Origin: Octopus sinensis
Lineage: Eukaryota
Length of the DNA: 64,000 bases
Direction of reading: 5' to 3'
NCBI RefSeq assembly: GCF_006345805.1
Contig: NC_043000.1
Span: forward strand, 10,602,001 to 10,666,000
Part shown: positions 38,177 to 50,925 of the stretch, piece after piece
How positions within the stretch are numbered: position 1 is the first letter of the stretch
Layout of the letters: each line of letters starts with the position of its first letter
Notes under the pieces: model-generated
What the model was told of the DNA's origin: nothing
What the model saw: only the letters and a program-made list of their open reading frames with translations
Database searches by the model: none
Translations under genes and position numbers: made by a program

Positions 38177-38660
38177 TATAACATATTTTTTACTTTTATT
38201 TTCATTTATATTTTGGGGCGTGGCTACGTGGTTTACAAGTTTGCTTCCCATCCACATGGTTTCGGGTTTAGTTCCATGTCGTGATACCTTGGGCAAACGT
38301 CTTCTACTGTAACCCCTATAACCTCAGGCCAACCCAAGCCTTGTGAGTGGATTTGGTAGACAGGAGGTGAAACGAGCCTTTTGGTGTGTGTGTGTGTGTT
38401 TGCTTCTTTCTTCCACTTTGTCTTGACCTCATGTAATAGTTGTACATAAGTGTCACTATCATACAAGCAGGGTTATTCATTTCCAATATTCTGTGAGAAC
38501 ATGTCTGGTGATGGGGAAATATTACCTTGCTTGGAAATGGGTGGCAACAGGAAGAGATCTGCCTCAGTAAACTCCTTCTGACTCATACAAGCATTTGAAA
38601 GTAGATATTAAAATGATGATGATGATGTGCTGAAAATCTAATTTTTAACTAACTCATTAA

Positions 38661-38881
38661 CCCTTTCGTTACTGTATTTCTTTTGAGATGCTCTGTGTTT
38701 CTTTCAATTATTTTAAATATAACAAAGAATTTAGTAAAATAACTTAATTATCATTAAGCTAGTGCTAAGAACATAAATTGTGGCTAAGGTTTGGTGGAAG
38801 ATTTTAATTCAGAACTTTTGGAAACAAGACATTTGTACGACAGACCCAGAGCCGGTTTCAGCCGGGTTGGTAACGAAAGGG
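38661..38881 (-). mobile_element. piggyBac-like MITE copy 3
   Basis: TTAA|CCCTTTCGTTAC ... GTAACGAAAGGG|TTAA, opposite internal orientation. Confidence 0.85.
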
Positions 38882-38994
38882 TTAAATATGATAGGGAGAT
38901 GTGTTTGAGGAAATTCTTTTGTTACACTACTTTGTTAGGGAGAGCAGATTTGCAGATGTTCTTTTTTGTTGTTTTAAAACTAAATTTCTAGATA

Positions 38995-39155
38995 TAGGCG
39001 TAGCAGTGGCAAGTAGCTTGCTTACGAACCTCATGTTTCTGAGTTCAGTCCCACTGCGTGGCACCTTCGGCAAGTGTCTTCTACTATAGCCTCGGACCGA
39101 CCAAAGCTTTGTGAGTGGATTTGGTAGACAGAAACTGAAAGAAACCTGTCGTGTG

Positions 39156-39196
<41 letters not shown>

Positions 39197-39420
39197 CGAT
39201 GATGATGATATATGTATGTATGTGTGTCTGTGTTTGTCCCCCCAACATCTCTTGACAACCGATGCTGGTGTGTTTACGTCCCTGTAACTTAGCAGTTCGG
39301 CAAATAGACCAATAGAAGTACTAGGCTTACAAAGAATAAGTCGTGGGGTCGATTTGCTTGACTAAAGGTGGTGCTCCAGCATGGCCACAGTCAAATGACT
39401 GAAACAAGCAAAAGAGTAAC
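38995..39420 (+). mobile_element. SINE family A, full-length copy
   Basis: Aligns with 6546-6950. Confidence 0.85.
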
Positions 39421-40187
39421 AGAGAGTATATACAGCTGGAATGGAGACTTTTAGAAGAGAATACAGGACAGTGTGTGGTCATTCATGTATGAGGAGGATG
39501 TGTATGTTTTGAGAAGGTGTGTGGGAAGGTTGTGTGGGTATAAGTTGAACAGATGGATCCTTGTGGTTCTCTAGAATTACAAGTTCTAGAGTTGTTTTTA
39601 TACACTGAAAAGGCTTGGTGACCTGACAGGTAATCTATTAACCAGTATTTTTGCATTGTTCTGTAAGGAGGTGTTGATTATTTTGTGTATAAGTGGGTAT
39701 AGAAAATAACTGTGATTTCATCCACTTTTTTTTTTTGTTGTTGTTGCTTGTAAGCAATTATTTCTTATTAACGTGGTTCTTGAGTTTAAATATCTGGATT
39801 CCATTGACTTAAGAGACTCAAGTCTCATCAGATTTTTGTAGTGTCATTTATCAGGCTATTTAACCTCCTATTTCTATCTAAAGTCAATATTTTCTAGGAT
39901 GCTGGTCAAAGATCTGTTATTGAATCATTAATAGTACACCCTAAGGAGAAACTGAAAACACGGTGCTATTCTTTCTTGAACTTTTACACAAAATCTGATA
40001 TGTCTGTATCTATAAACTTAAGATTTTTTTATTTTTATTTTGACTACCAGCTGCATGAATTTGCAAAATTATAAATAACAGCTGAAAGTTACACTTATCC
40101 GGCTGTCAATGTTCTTAGCCTGTCTTCTAGAGCATTGCTTTCTAAAAGAAAAATATAAAGTAACTTGAAAACAGGAAACTGATTTAA

Positions 40188-40408
40188 CCCTTTCGTTACC
40201 AACCCGTCCAAAACCGGCTCTGGCTCAGTAGTATAAATGTCTTGTTTTCATTAGTTTTCCATTAAAATTTACCACCAAACCTTAGTCACAATTTATGTTC
40301 CTAACACTAGCTTAATGATAACTGAGTTATTTTACTAAATTCATTGTTATATTTAAAACAATTGAAAGAAATTTTGAGCATCTCAACATAAATACAGTAA
40401 CAAAAGGG
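40188..40408 (+). mobile_element. piggyBac-like MITE copy 4
   Basis: TTAA|CCCTTTCGTTAC ... GTAACAAAAGGG|TTAA. Confidence 0.85.
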
Positions 40409-40759
40409 TTAAAGTGACATGAAATAAAGGTTCTCACTGTGTGGCACCTTGGGCAAGTGTCTTCTGCTATAGCCTTGAACCTACTAAATCCTTGTGAGTG
40501 AATTTGGTAGGTGGAAACTGAAAGAAGCCTATCAGATAAATTTACATGTGTGTGCATGCATATCTTTGTGTATGTGTGTATCCCCCACCACCAACTGACA
40601 TCCGGCATTGGTATGTTTATGTCCCCATAACTTAATTGTTCAGCAAAAGTGACCAATAGAATAAGTACAAACTAAAAATTCTTAAAAGTGTTGCCCCAGC
40701 ATGGCCACAGTCTAATGACGGAAACAAGTAAAATGATAAAATTGATCATTATCACCCTT

Positions 40760-42070
40760 GTCATTTTATGTCCACTTGAGAGAACAAACTGGATTTCAAC
40801 CCAGTAGATCATGCTGCAAGCAAATATTCACACTGTGCAACATCGTAGAACAATGCATGGAACACCAAAGACCACTAATAATAAACTTCATTGATTTCAA
40901 AAAGGCCTTTGACCGTGTGCATAAAGAAACTCTCTGGAAGATTGCTAAAGTGTATGGAATACCAGACGATTACATCATTCTGCTTAGCAGTTTCTACTAC
41001 AACACAAACTGCTACATTAGAACAGAGTATGGATACACGGGTTTTCTTAAGAATGTCACTGGAGTACGACATGGCTGTCTCCTGTCAACATTGTTGTTTC
41101 TGATGGTCATCGATTTTGCTATGCAAAGATCAATGGTGAGGGTCCAGTTAACAAACTTGGATTTCGCCAACGACATTGCCCTGTTGGCTGAGAATCACCC
41201 AACATTACAAGAAATAACAAAAATGGAAAGGGAAACTGCAAAGACTGGGTTGAGAATCAGCAGTTAAAAAATGAAGGTAATGCAAGTTGGGAAACAAGTA
41301 GAAAGTGTACGAATGAAAGTTGGACAAGAACCAGTTGAAGAAGTTACAAGCTTCACATATCTGGGAAGCACAGTGACAAGCAACGGCGATGCAAAAACAG
41401 AGGTAAGCTGCAGAATTGGCAAGGCATCGGCAGTATTTAAAAGACTGACAACACTTTGGTGTAGCAGTAACATAAGTACAGAGCTGAAGGTTCCCTCTGT
41501 CTTGGAGAGGCACAAGCACTTACACACACACACATGTACGCACACAGCAGTAACTCCTGCCTACCAAATTCAATTACAAGGCTTCGGTCGGCCCGGGGCT
41601 ATAGCAGAAGATGCCTGTACAAAACAGCAAAACTGCCAATAACAATCTGTGCAACTGAAACCTGGAGGATAACAGCAAAAATTGCCCACCAACTTGACAT
41701 ACTTCATCAGTGGTACCTTAGAAAAATCCTAAGAATCACTTAGAGATACAGCATAACAAATGATGCCATTCTCTAAACAGCAAGAGTAAGGCACTTGCAT
41801 GCAATTGTAACTAAACAACGAATGAGAATGGCATGGCTGGACACATACTAAGACTGCCAGAAGAGAGGCCTGTCAAAACAGCCATGGGCTAGATGCTGCT
41901 GGAAGGTAAGAGAAAAATAGGTCAGCCAAGGAAAACATGTAGTACCTTCTATTGAAGACCTACACAGACTGAACATCACCTGGGAAGAAGCATACTTGTT
42001 GGCCAGAGGCAGATAATTGGCGATCACTGACTGCACAATATGCCGCTCAAAGGCACTAATGGACCTAAGA
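40760..42070 (+). mobile_element. Decayed RTE-clade LINE (RT region to 3' end) interrupted by a SINE fragment near 41490-41620
   Basis: QTGFQPSRSCCKQIFTL, FIDFKKAFDRVH, GVRHGCLLSTLLF, LDFANDIALL, FTYLGS, RIGKASAVF; later WxGHILR and KIGQPRKT; frameshifted. Confidence 0.85.
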
Positions 42071-42264
42071 GAAAGATATAATATACACACACATATGCAC
42101 ACAATGGGCTTCATTCAGTTTCTGTCTACCAGATCTATTCACAAGGCTTTGGTTGGCCTGGAGTTATAGTAGAAGGTATTTGCCAAGGTACTATACAGTG
42201 GGCCTGAATCCAAGATCACACAAATGGAAAGCATGTTCCTTAATTGGACAACTATACCTGCACA

Positions 42265-42835
42265 ATCATCATCATCGTTTAATGTCCACTTTCCATACTA
42301 GCATGGGTTGGACCATTTGACTGAGGACTGGCGAACCAGATGGCTGCACTAGGCTCCAATCTAATCTGGCAGAGTTTCTACAGCTGGATACCCTTCCTAA
42401 CGCCAACCACTCCGAGAGTGTAGTTGGTGCTTTTACGTGCCATCGGCATGAGGGCCAGTCAGGCGGTACTGGCAACGGCCACACTCAAGTGGTGTTTTTT
42501 ACATGCCATCTGCACAGGAGCCAGTCCAGCAGCACTGGCAACAACCTTGCTCGTACTGCATATTTCCAAAGGTCTCGGTCACTAGTCATTGCTTCAGTGA
42601 GACCTAATGTTCTAAGGTCGTGCTACACCACCTCATCCCAGGTCTTCCTGGGTTTACCTCTTCCACAGGTTCCCTCAGCCGCTAGAGTGTGGCACTTTCT
42701 CACACAGCTATCCTTATCCATTCTCACCACATGACCATACCAGCACAGTCATCTCTCTTGCCCACCACATCTGATGCTTCTTAGGTCCAATGTTTCTCTC
42801 AAGCTACTTACACCCTGTCAAGTGTGCACACTGAC
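42265..42835 (-). mobile_element. 5'-truncated RTE LINE 3' end plus its 3' UTR (family C repeat)
   Basis: Minus strand encodes LCWYGHVVRMDKDSCVRKCHTLAAEGTCGRGKPRKTWDEVV...EAMTSDRDLWKYAV, then continues into the repeat ending in (GAT)n. Confidence 0.82.
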
Positions 42836-42859
42836 ATTACACATATAAATATAAATTAA

Positions 42860-43038
42860 AAAATGAAGGCACAGGAGTGGCTGTGTGGTAAGTAGCTTGT
42901 TTACCAACCACATGGTTCTGGGTTCAGTCCCACTGCGTGGCACCTTGGGCAAGTGTCTTCTACTATAGCCTCGGGCCGACCAAAGCCTTGTGAGTGGATT
43001 TGGTAGACGGAAACTGAAAGAAGCCTGTCGTATATATG

Positions 43039-43069
<31 letters not shown>

Positions 43070-43280
43070 TTGTGTGTCTGTATTTGTCCCCCTAGCATTG
43101 CTTGATAACCGATGCTGGTGTGTTTATGTCCCTGTTACTTAGCGGTTCGGCAAAAGAGACTGATAAAATAAGTACTCGGCTTACAAAAGAATAAGTCCCG
43201 GGGTCGAGTTGCTCGATTAAAGGCGGTGCTCCAGCATGGCCACAGTCAAATGACTGAAACAAGTAAAAGAGTAAAAGAGT
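42860..43280 (+). mobile_element. SINE family A, full-length copy (3' half duplicated at about 43985-44225)
   Basis: Aligns with 6546-6950. Confidence 0.85.
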
Positions 43281-44909
43281 ATTTAGAAAAGCATTAGAAA
43301 ACATTTAAATTAAAAAAGAAAAGAAGATTAGATTGTGTGCTAGCAACTAGCACAATATCTCATCTTTCCTGCTTATGATATGGTCACATCTGTTGTTTAG
43401 CAGCATATCAGTCCTGATCCCAAAATTTATGTTGAAAGACCTCCAAGCTGTGACCCTCTACTCTTTTCTTTCAAACTTAGTATCTAAGACTAGCACTCTA
43501 TTGTCTAACATGTCCTCTTCCTTTGAGGAAGATTTGGCTGTTATTTCTAAAATGCCTCAGCGAATTCTGTCTAGCCCATGCAAGCATAGAAAAGTGGACA
43601 TTAAACTGATGATTTGATGATTTTCATATACATGTCTATCTTGTTTCAGTTGTTTGACTGACCATTCTGGAGCAGTGCCTAGAAAAATTTTTGTCAAATG
43701 AATTGACCCCAGTATTTATTTTTAATCCTGGTTCTTATTCTATAAGTCTCATTTGCTGAACTGCTAAGTTACAGGCACATAGTCACACCACCGCCCATTG
43801 TCAAGCAGTGGTGACACAAAATCTCTATATATATATGTATAATTTATAAATATATAATTAATAAATATCAGGGTAGGAACAATTTTAGGAATTTTTTTAT
43901 TACCAGTGGCCTAGCATGTAGAAAATTAGTCAGACTATATATTATATATATCTATATATATTATTCATGTGTGTGTGTGTATATATATATATAATATATG
44001 TGTGTGTGTGTGTTTGTGTGTCTGTATTTGTCCCCCTAGCATTGCTTGATAACCGATGCTGGTGTGTTTATGTCCCTGTTACTTAGCGGTTCGGCAAAAG
44101 AGACTGATAAAATAAGTACTCGGCTTACAAAAGAATAAGTCCCGGGGTCGAGTTGCTCGATTAAAGGCGGTGCTCCAGCATGGCCACAGTCAAATGACTG
44201 AAACAAGTAAAAGAGTAAAAGAGTATTTAGAAAAGCATTAGAAAACATTTAAATTAAAAAAGAAAAGAAGATTAGATTGTGTGCTAGCAACTAGCACAAT
44301 ATCTCATCTTTCCTGCTTATGATATGGTCACATCTGTTGTTTAGCAGCATATCAGTCCTAATCCCAAAATTTAAGTTGAAAGACCTCCAAGCTGTGACCC
44401 TCTACTCTTTTCTTTCAAACTTAGTATCTAAGACTAGCACTCTATTGTCTAACATGTCCTCTTCCTTTGAGGAAGATTTGGCTGTTATTTCTAAAATGCC
44501 TCAGCGAATTCTGTCTAGCCCATGCAAGCATAGAAAAGTGGACATTAAACTGATGATTTGATGATTTTCATATACATGTCTATCTTGTTTCAGTTGTTGA
44601 CTGACCATTCTGGAGCAGTGCCTAGAAAAATTTTTGTCAATGAATTGACCCCAGTATTTATTTTTAATCCTGGTTCTTATTCTATAAGTCTCATTTGCTG
44701 AACTGCTAAGTTACAGGCACATAGTCACACCACCGCCCATTGTCAAGCAGTGGTGACACAAAATCTCTATATATATATGTATAATTTATAAATATATAAT
44801 TAATAAATATCAGGGTAGGAACAATTTTAGGAATTTTTTTATTACCAGTGGCCTAGCATGTAGAAAATTAGTCAGACTATATATTATATATATCTATATA
44901 TATTATTCA

Positions 44910-44930
<21 letters not shown>
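43040..44930. repeat. Tandem duplication, 944-bp unit, two near-identical copies
   Basis: Identical ORF translations at 43092/44036 and near-identical at 43375/44319 (offset 944); only a few differences seen; junctions fall in (TA)n(TG)n. Confidence 0.92.
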
Positions 44931-44956
<26 letters not shown>

Positions 44957-45804
44957 ACATACATACATACATATAATGGGCTTCTTTCAGTCTCTGTCTA
45001 CCAAATCCACTTACAAGGCTTTGGTCAGCTTGAGGCTATAGTAGATGGCACTTGCCCAAGGTCCCACACAGTGTGACTGAACCAGCGACCATGTGGTTGG
45101 GAGGCAAGCTTACCACACACCCACGCTTGTGCCTAATATATATGAAGGTAGTAAAATTTTGGGGGGTATACAGACAGCTATAAATGAAGGTTGAAAAGAA
45201 TAGTTTTGTGTGTGTGTGTATGTGTGCAAAATAAACCAGTAAAAGACTGTGTGTTTATATTTACATTAATAGGTGTGAGAGCAGTAGCTTTGTGTATGTG
45301 TACACCTATTTAGCTGTAATGCTATAAGCCATAAAACAGGTGAAAGTGTAGGTAGGTAGGTAGGTATTTGATGTATGTAGCACTCTAAATCAGCCACGTG
45401 TGTGTGTGTGTATGTGCATACATTATATGATTACTCTGTGTTACTATTACACAACAAAATTGACCTTGTTTTATGTTCTGTCTTATTTAACATACACGAG
45501 GATTTATAAGGTCAACTTGGCAGTTGGCTTTGTTTTTCACTGGTTTGCCTAGTACAGTAGATTTGTCAGGTGGACTAGCTTCATGCTTCATGCCAGATAA
45601 TTCAGTCACAGACTTATGCCTTAACATTTTTCTCTTGGTCAGTAATATCTTCATTATTCTTAATTTTTATTATCGGTGTTTATAACAATACCTTATAATG
45701 AAATGTACTCTACATAACCATATCGTGAGGAGATTAAATTTACCTGTTATGCCCCCCTTTTTTTATTATTTTTTTTTCTTTGTATCTTTCTTTCTCAGAC
45801 ACAG

Positions 45805-45855
45805 AAAATGTTTGTGTGTGTGGTGTGTGTGTGTGTGTGCGCACATGCATGCATG

Positions 45856-45895
<40 letters not shown>

Positions 45896-45931
45896 ATATA
45901 TATATGTGTGGTGTGTGTGTATATATATGTG

Positions 45932-45962
<31 letters not shown>

Positions 45963-45994
45963 GTAATATATATATGTGTGTGTGTAATATAATA

Positions 45995-46027
<33 letters not shown>

Positions 46028-46139
46028 ATATATATATATATATATGTAATATATATGTGTGTGTGTGTGTATATATATGTGTGTGTGTGTGTTGTGTATA
46101 TGTGTATATATATATATGTAATATATATATGTGTGTGTG

Positions 46140-46237
<98 letters not shown>

Positions 46238-46272
46238 ATATGTGTGTGTGTGGGTATATATATGTAATATAT
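45805..46272. repeat. Compound (TA)n/(TG)n microsatellite
   Basis: Directly visible; explains the IYIY/CVCV/THTH ORFs. Confidence 0.95.
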
Positions 46273-46395
46273 AGCAATTAAGGACAACTACTTTATAAGG
46301 AAAACTAACAAGAAATTGTCAGGTAGATAGCGTGAAAACCTCATAAGAGAAAAAATTTCGAAAATAATTATTTCTTATTGAACATATTAATTTAT

Positions 46396-46527
46396 ATATA
46401 GAGGGCATTATACATACATGCCAGAAGGCATTATACATACATGCCACACGCTATGACTAATTGTCCCTCTTAGCGTGTGGCATGTATGTATAATGCCTTC
46501 TGGCATGTATGTATAATGCCCTCTATA
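46396..46527. repeat. About 130-bp near-perfect hairpin sharing termini with the 62.2-62.6 kb foldback
   Basis: AGAGGGCATTATACATACATGCCAGAAGGCATTATACATACATGCCACACGCTA ... TAGCGTGTGGCATGTATGTATAATGCCTTCTGGCATGTATGTATAATGCCCTCT, about 60-bp arms. Confidence 0.85.
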
Positions 46528-47529
46528 TATAATTTATATGTAATATATATATATATATATGAAAGTACAGGCATACTGAATGATTAAGAAGTTTATTTTG
46601 CAAACATGTGGCTTCGGGTTCAGTCTCACTACATGGTTATCTTGGCCATCTAAGGAAGTGTCTTCTATTATATCCAACCAATGTTTTGTGAGTGAATTTC
46701 ATTGCTGGAAACAGTACAAAACCTGTGGCATGTATGTGTGTATATCTGTGTAAACGTTTATACACTACACTTGGATGTTGTTTATTAACATTTCCCTGTT
46801 AACCAATCACCTGTTAGTTGTTCTCTTTCTAAGACAAGTGAAATAAAAATTCCTTACTTCAAATCAGGTAAAGATTAGCAACAGAGTGGGCATCCAGCAG
46901 TAAAACAATGTATTCATCTAACCCATGCTAGCATGGAAATGGGGATGTAAAACAAACGATATATGTGTGTGTATTCACAAATGTATATTGTATATATGGT
47001 TATGTGTATCTGAATTTGTTTACGTGTGTGTGTGTGTGTGTGTATGTTCATATAATGTATCCTCATTTATAGCTTTATGTGCTTTAAGATCCACTGTTCC
47101 AAAAAAGAAATTAACAGTCTCACAAAAGCTTATAAATTTTTAGATATCAACAATATGTATATGTTTACATGTGTTCTTTGCATTTACCCCAACTCTCTGA
47201 CAACTGGTGTTGGTTTGGTCACATCCCATAACTTAGTGGTTCAGTGAAAGAGTCTGATAGAATAAGTACCAGAGTTGATTTATTCAACTAAACCTTTCAA
47301 GGCAGTGCTTCAGCATGATCCAATGACTGAAACAAGTAAAAGATACAATATTCCTGTAACAAGATTGATGGCATTTCTGCCATGGGCTCTCAGATGATTA
47401 CCTTGCCCTAATTTTGCTTTAGATTTTTTGTGACAGTGTTGCACATAATTTGATCAAGAACTACACCAACAGTAGCTCTGCTTTTGTACATTCATCCAAA
47501 ATGGATTTTCAGCTAGTAGTTAAGATACC

Positions 47530-47855
47530 CATGCCGGTGACATGTAAAAAGCACCGTCCAAACGTGGCAGATGCCAGTGCCGCCTGACTGGCATCTGTGT
47601 CGGTGACATGTAAAAGCACCAACCAATCGTGGCCGTTTGCCAGCCTCCCCTGGCCCCTGTGCTGGTGGCACATAAAAAGTACCCACTACACTCATAGAGT
47701 GGTTGGCATTAGGAAAAGCATCCAGCTGTAGAAACACTGCCAGATTAGACTGGAGCCTGGTGCAGCCTCCTGGCCTCTCAGACCCCTTGAACCGTCCTAC
47801 CCATACTAGCATGGAAAATGGACGTTAAATGATGATGATGATCATCATCATCATA
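47530..47855 (+). mobile_element. Family C repeat
   Basis: Same modules and core as 515-880. Confidence 0.8.
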
Positions 47856-48539
47856 CTTTTAGACATAAAGGATAACAGTGCTTCTCTGGTGTCATTGAAG
47901 CTTTAGGCGTATGGGCACTTCATATGTTGGTCTCCTGGTTGTTGATCACTCATAGATGACGGGTCTAGCTTTTGAAGGTGTACTGTGACCATAGACTATG
48001 TAGGTGAGATTATCTCCAATACCTTTATCAACCTGCAGTTTTCAGGTATTAACATTTCACTATTTAATGTGCTGCTTAAATTTTCTCAAGCTTTCACTTA
48101 ATTTTTTTTTTTTTTTTTGTGATTTCACAATTTCTTTATTTTTGGTCTCAACTGAAGATGCTTTCTGAGAACTAATCACTTTAAAAGCTTGAGTTCATCA
48201 AGCTAAATGATGTGGCCAATCCATTTCATATGATACTTGAAACAGCCCACTTTTTTGCTGCAGTTCTGTCAGATGTAAAAGATTTTCAATTTCTGTTGAA
48301 ATTTCTTGATATTTTGATGCATCACTGATACAAAGTCTGTGTCTCAGACAAGTATAGCAGGGATGTGATGATGCAAGCATCACAGATATGAAACTTAGTG
48401 GACCGTTTCCTACCAAAGCCTTCTCAATAATTATGACTGTAGCTTTTGACCAGGAGAAATCATTAGAGGGGGTATCCAACTCTCCTTGGATGTTTTGATC
48501 CTCAACCACAGTGTCATCTAGTTGGCAAGTCCAACATGG

Positions 48540-48880
48540 TGGCCAGTCACTGACTGTCTTCTAGCTTCCAGCTCAACTTCTCTTGCTTCTTCTATGGCCA
48601 GCAAGATGTTCTTTCTGCTACCTCTCTTAATTTCCAAGTATTTTCCTCTCCTTTCATGCCACTCCCATAGCTGTCAGCATCTTCCACATTGGGGAAACCC
48701 TGCAACTAACTCCAGCAGGAAATAGCCAGACTTGCCAACCTTTTCCCCCTACACTGTTGAACCAGATCCTGGCTCTTCCGCTCTGAAGCTTCCTTAGAAT
48801 ATATGATTATGTCAAACCTAGAAAAAATGAAGTTTCCTACCCAAGTCCACCCTCAACTGCTGAAATGGTGCTAACTGCCT
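48540..48880 (-). mobile_element. Decayed C-terminus of a restriction-like-endonuclease non-LTR retrotransposon (HERO-like)
   Basis: Minus strand: QLRVDLGRKLHF ... EASERKS.DLVQQCRGKGWQVWLFPAGVSCR.F..MWKMLTAMGVA.KERK ... VAERTSCW, resembling the HERO RLE tail (GW...PVEVGCRGF...AERASCWLW). Confidence 0.68.
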
Positions 48881-49534
48881 GAGACTCTTCTTAGTCTTTT
48901 TGGAAGAGATTACTTTGACCCCCCCCCCTCCGCTATCTGACAGTCAGGGATGATTTCACAAGAGTCTAGAAATTTCTGTCTCTCCTACTCCAAAATGTCT
49001 GACAGTGTTCTGAGGATTTTTTCATAGTGCCATCTATATCTTTCTTGGCCAAGCACAACCTTGCACCCTGCCTGTATATATGCCAATATGCTCCCACACT
49101 CTTGCTTGCTCTCCCTCTCTCTCTCTCCACCAGGGGTCCTCTTTTATTCTTCTCCTTTTAAGTTTGTTCTTGTCACGAAAGTGTCATACATTAATCAAAT
49201 AATCAGAGCAGAAAAGGGACAGGTTTTCCAGTCTCTAAAATTGAGGCCAGGTGATTTCCTTTTTGGTAGGTTCCGCTTTGTCCAGGTTCTTTAAGATCCA
49301 CATTCCAAAGACCTGGACCTTCATCCTTTCTCCTCCAATTGTCTTACCTCAGTTTGGGTCATGGTGGATGTTAGTGGAGAGAGTAATAGAATTGTGTCAC
49401 CCAGCACAGGTGCTTTTTGCATGTCACTGGCACAGGAAGAGCATGCAATTGTAAAAAAAAATATAACACACAAAATGGTGTATTTGAAAAGAAGCATCCA
49501 ACTTATGCCTGCTTGATAAAAGTGGATGTAAAGT

Positions 49535-49539
<5 letters not shown>

Positions 49540-49570
<31 letters not shown>

Positions 49571-50177
49571 CATCATTATCGTTGTTTTTACATACACTTT
49601 TCCATATTGGCATGTGTTTGATAAGAACTTATTGAGACAGTTTCTATTTGGCCAGGTGTTTTCAAGTAAGGGATTTGTAGTTTGGCATGTGAAGGCCTGT
49701 GAAATACAGAGATGTTGTTTACTGGAGAAAGTAAATAGTGCCACTTTTCGCTCAAACGGTGTTAATGAGAACATGTACAGTTAACATTTCACACAGACAC
49801 ACACACACACATATATATCACACATTCTCTCTCTCTCCCTCCTCTCTCTCTCCCTCTTCTCTCTCCCTCTTCTCTCTCCCTCTTCTCTCTCCCTCTTCTC
49901 TCTCCCTCTTCTCTCTCCCTCTTCTCTCTCCCTCCTCTCTCTCTCCCTCCTCTCTCTCTCTCCTCTTCTCTCTCCCTCCTCTCTCCCTCATCTCTCTCTC
50001 CCTCATCTCTCTCTCCTCTCCTCTCTCTCTCTCCCTCTCCTCTCTCTCTCCCTCTCCTCTCTCTCCCCCCTCCTCTCTCTCTCCCTCTCCTCTCTCCCCC
50101 TCTCATCTCTCTCCCCTCTCCTCTCTCCCCCTCTTTTCTCTCTCTCTCCTTCTCTCTCTCCTCTCTCTTGTATATAT

Positions 50178-50219
<42 letters not shown>

Positions 50220-50864
50220 ATCATTATCGTTGTTTTACATACACTTTTCCATATTGGCATGTGTTTGATAAGAACTTATTGAGACAGTTTCTATTTGGCC
50301 AGGTGTTTTCAAGTAAGGGATTTGTAGTTTAGCATGTGAAGGCCTGTGAAATACAGAGATGTAGTTTACTGGAGAAAGTAAATAGTGCCACTTTTCGCTC
50401 AAACGGTGTTAATGAGAACATGTACAGTTAACATTTCACACAGACACACACACACACATATATATCACACATTCTCTCTCTCTCCCCCTCTCATCTCTCT
50501 CCCCCTCTTTTCTCTCTCTCTCCTTCTCTCTCTCCTCTTCTCTCTCCCTCTTCTCTCTCCCTCTTCTCTCTCCCTCTTCTCTCTCCCTCCTCTCTCTCTC
50601 CTCCTCTCTCTCTCCCTCTTCTCTCTCCCTCCTCTCTCCCTCATCCTCTCTCCCTCATCTCTCTCTCCCTCTCCTCTCCTCTCCTCTCTCTCTCTCTCTC
50701 TCTCCCTCTCCTCTCTCTCCCCCTCTCCCTCTCTCCCCCTCTCCTCTCTCTCTCTCTCCCCCTCTCCTCTCTCTCTCTCCCTCTCTCCCCCTCTCATCTC
50801 TCTCCCCCTCTCCTCTCTCTCTCCCCCTCTTTTCTCTCTCTCTCCTTCTCTCTCTCCTCTCTCT

Positions 50865-50920
<56 letters not shown>
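49540..50920. repeat. Tandem duplication, about 650-bp unit, with divergent CT-rich VNTR
   Basis: 49565-49825 repeats at 50215-50472 (offset about 647) with few differences; each copy ends in a CT-rich tract then (TA)n. Confidence 0.9.

Positions 50921-50925
<5 letters not shown>

Noticed and set aside
45698-46287. ORFs of 95-189 aa rich in IY/CV/TH
   Set aside because: Translations of a compound TA/TG microsatellite, not genes.
48465-48530. Possible hammerhead in the 3' UTR of the HERO-like remnant
   Set aside because: Both core boxes are mutated (CTAATGA, CAAAAC) and stems cannot be assigned.
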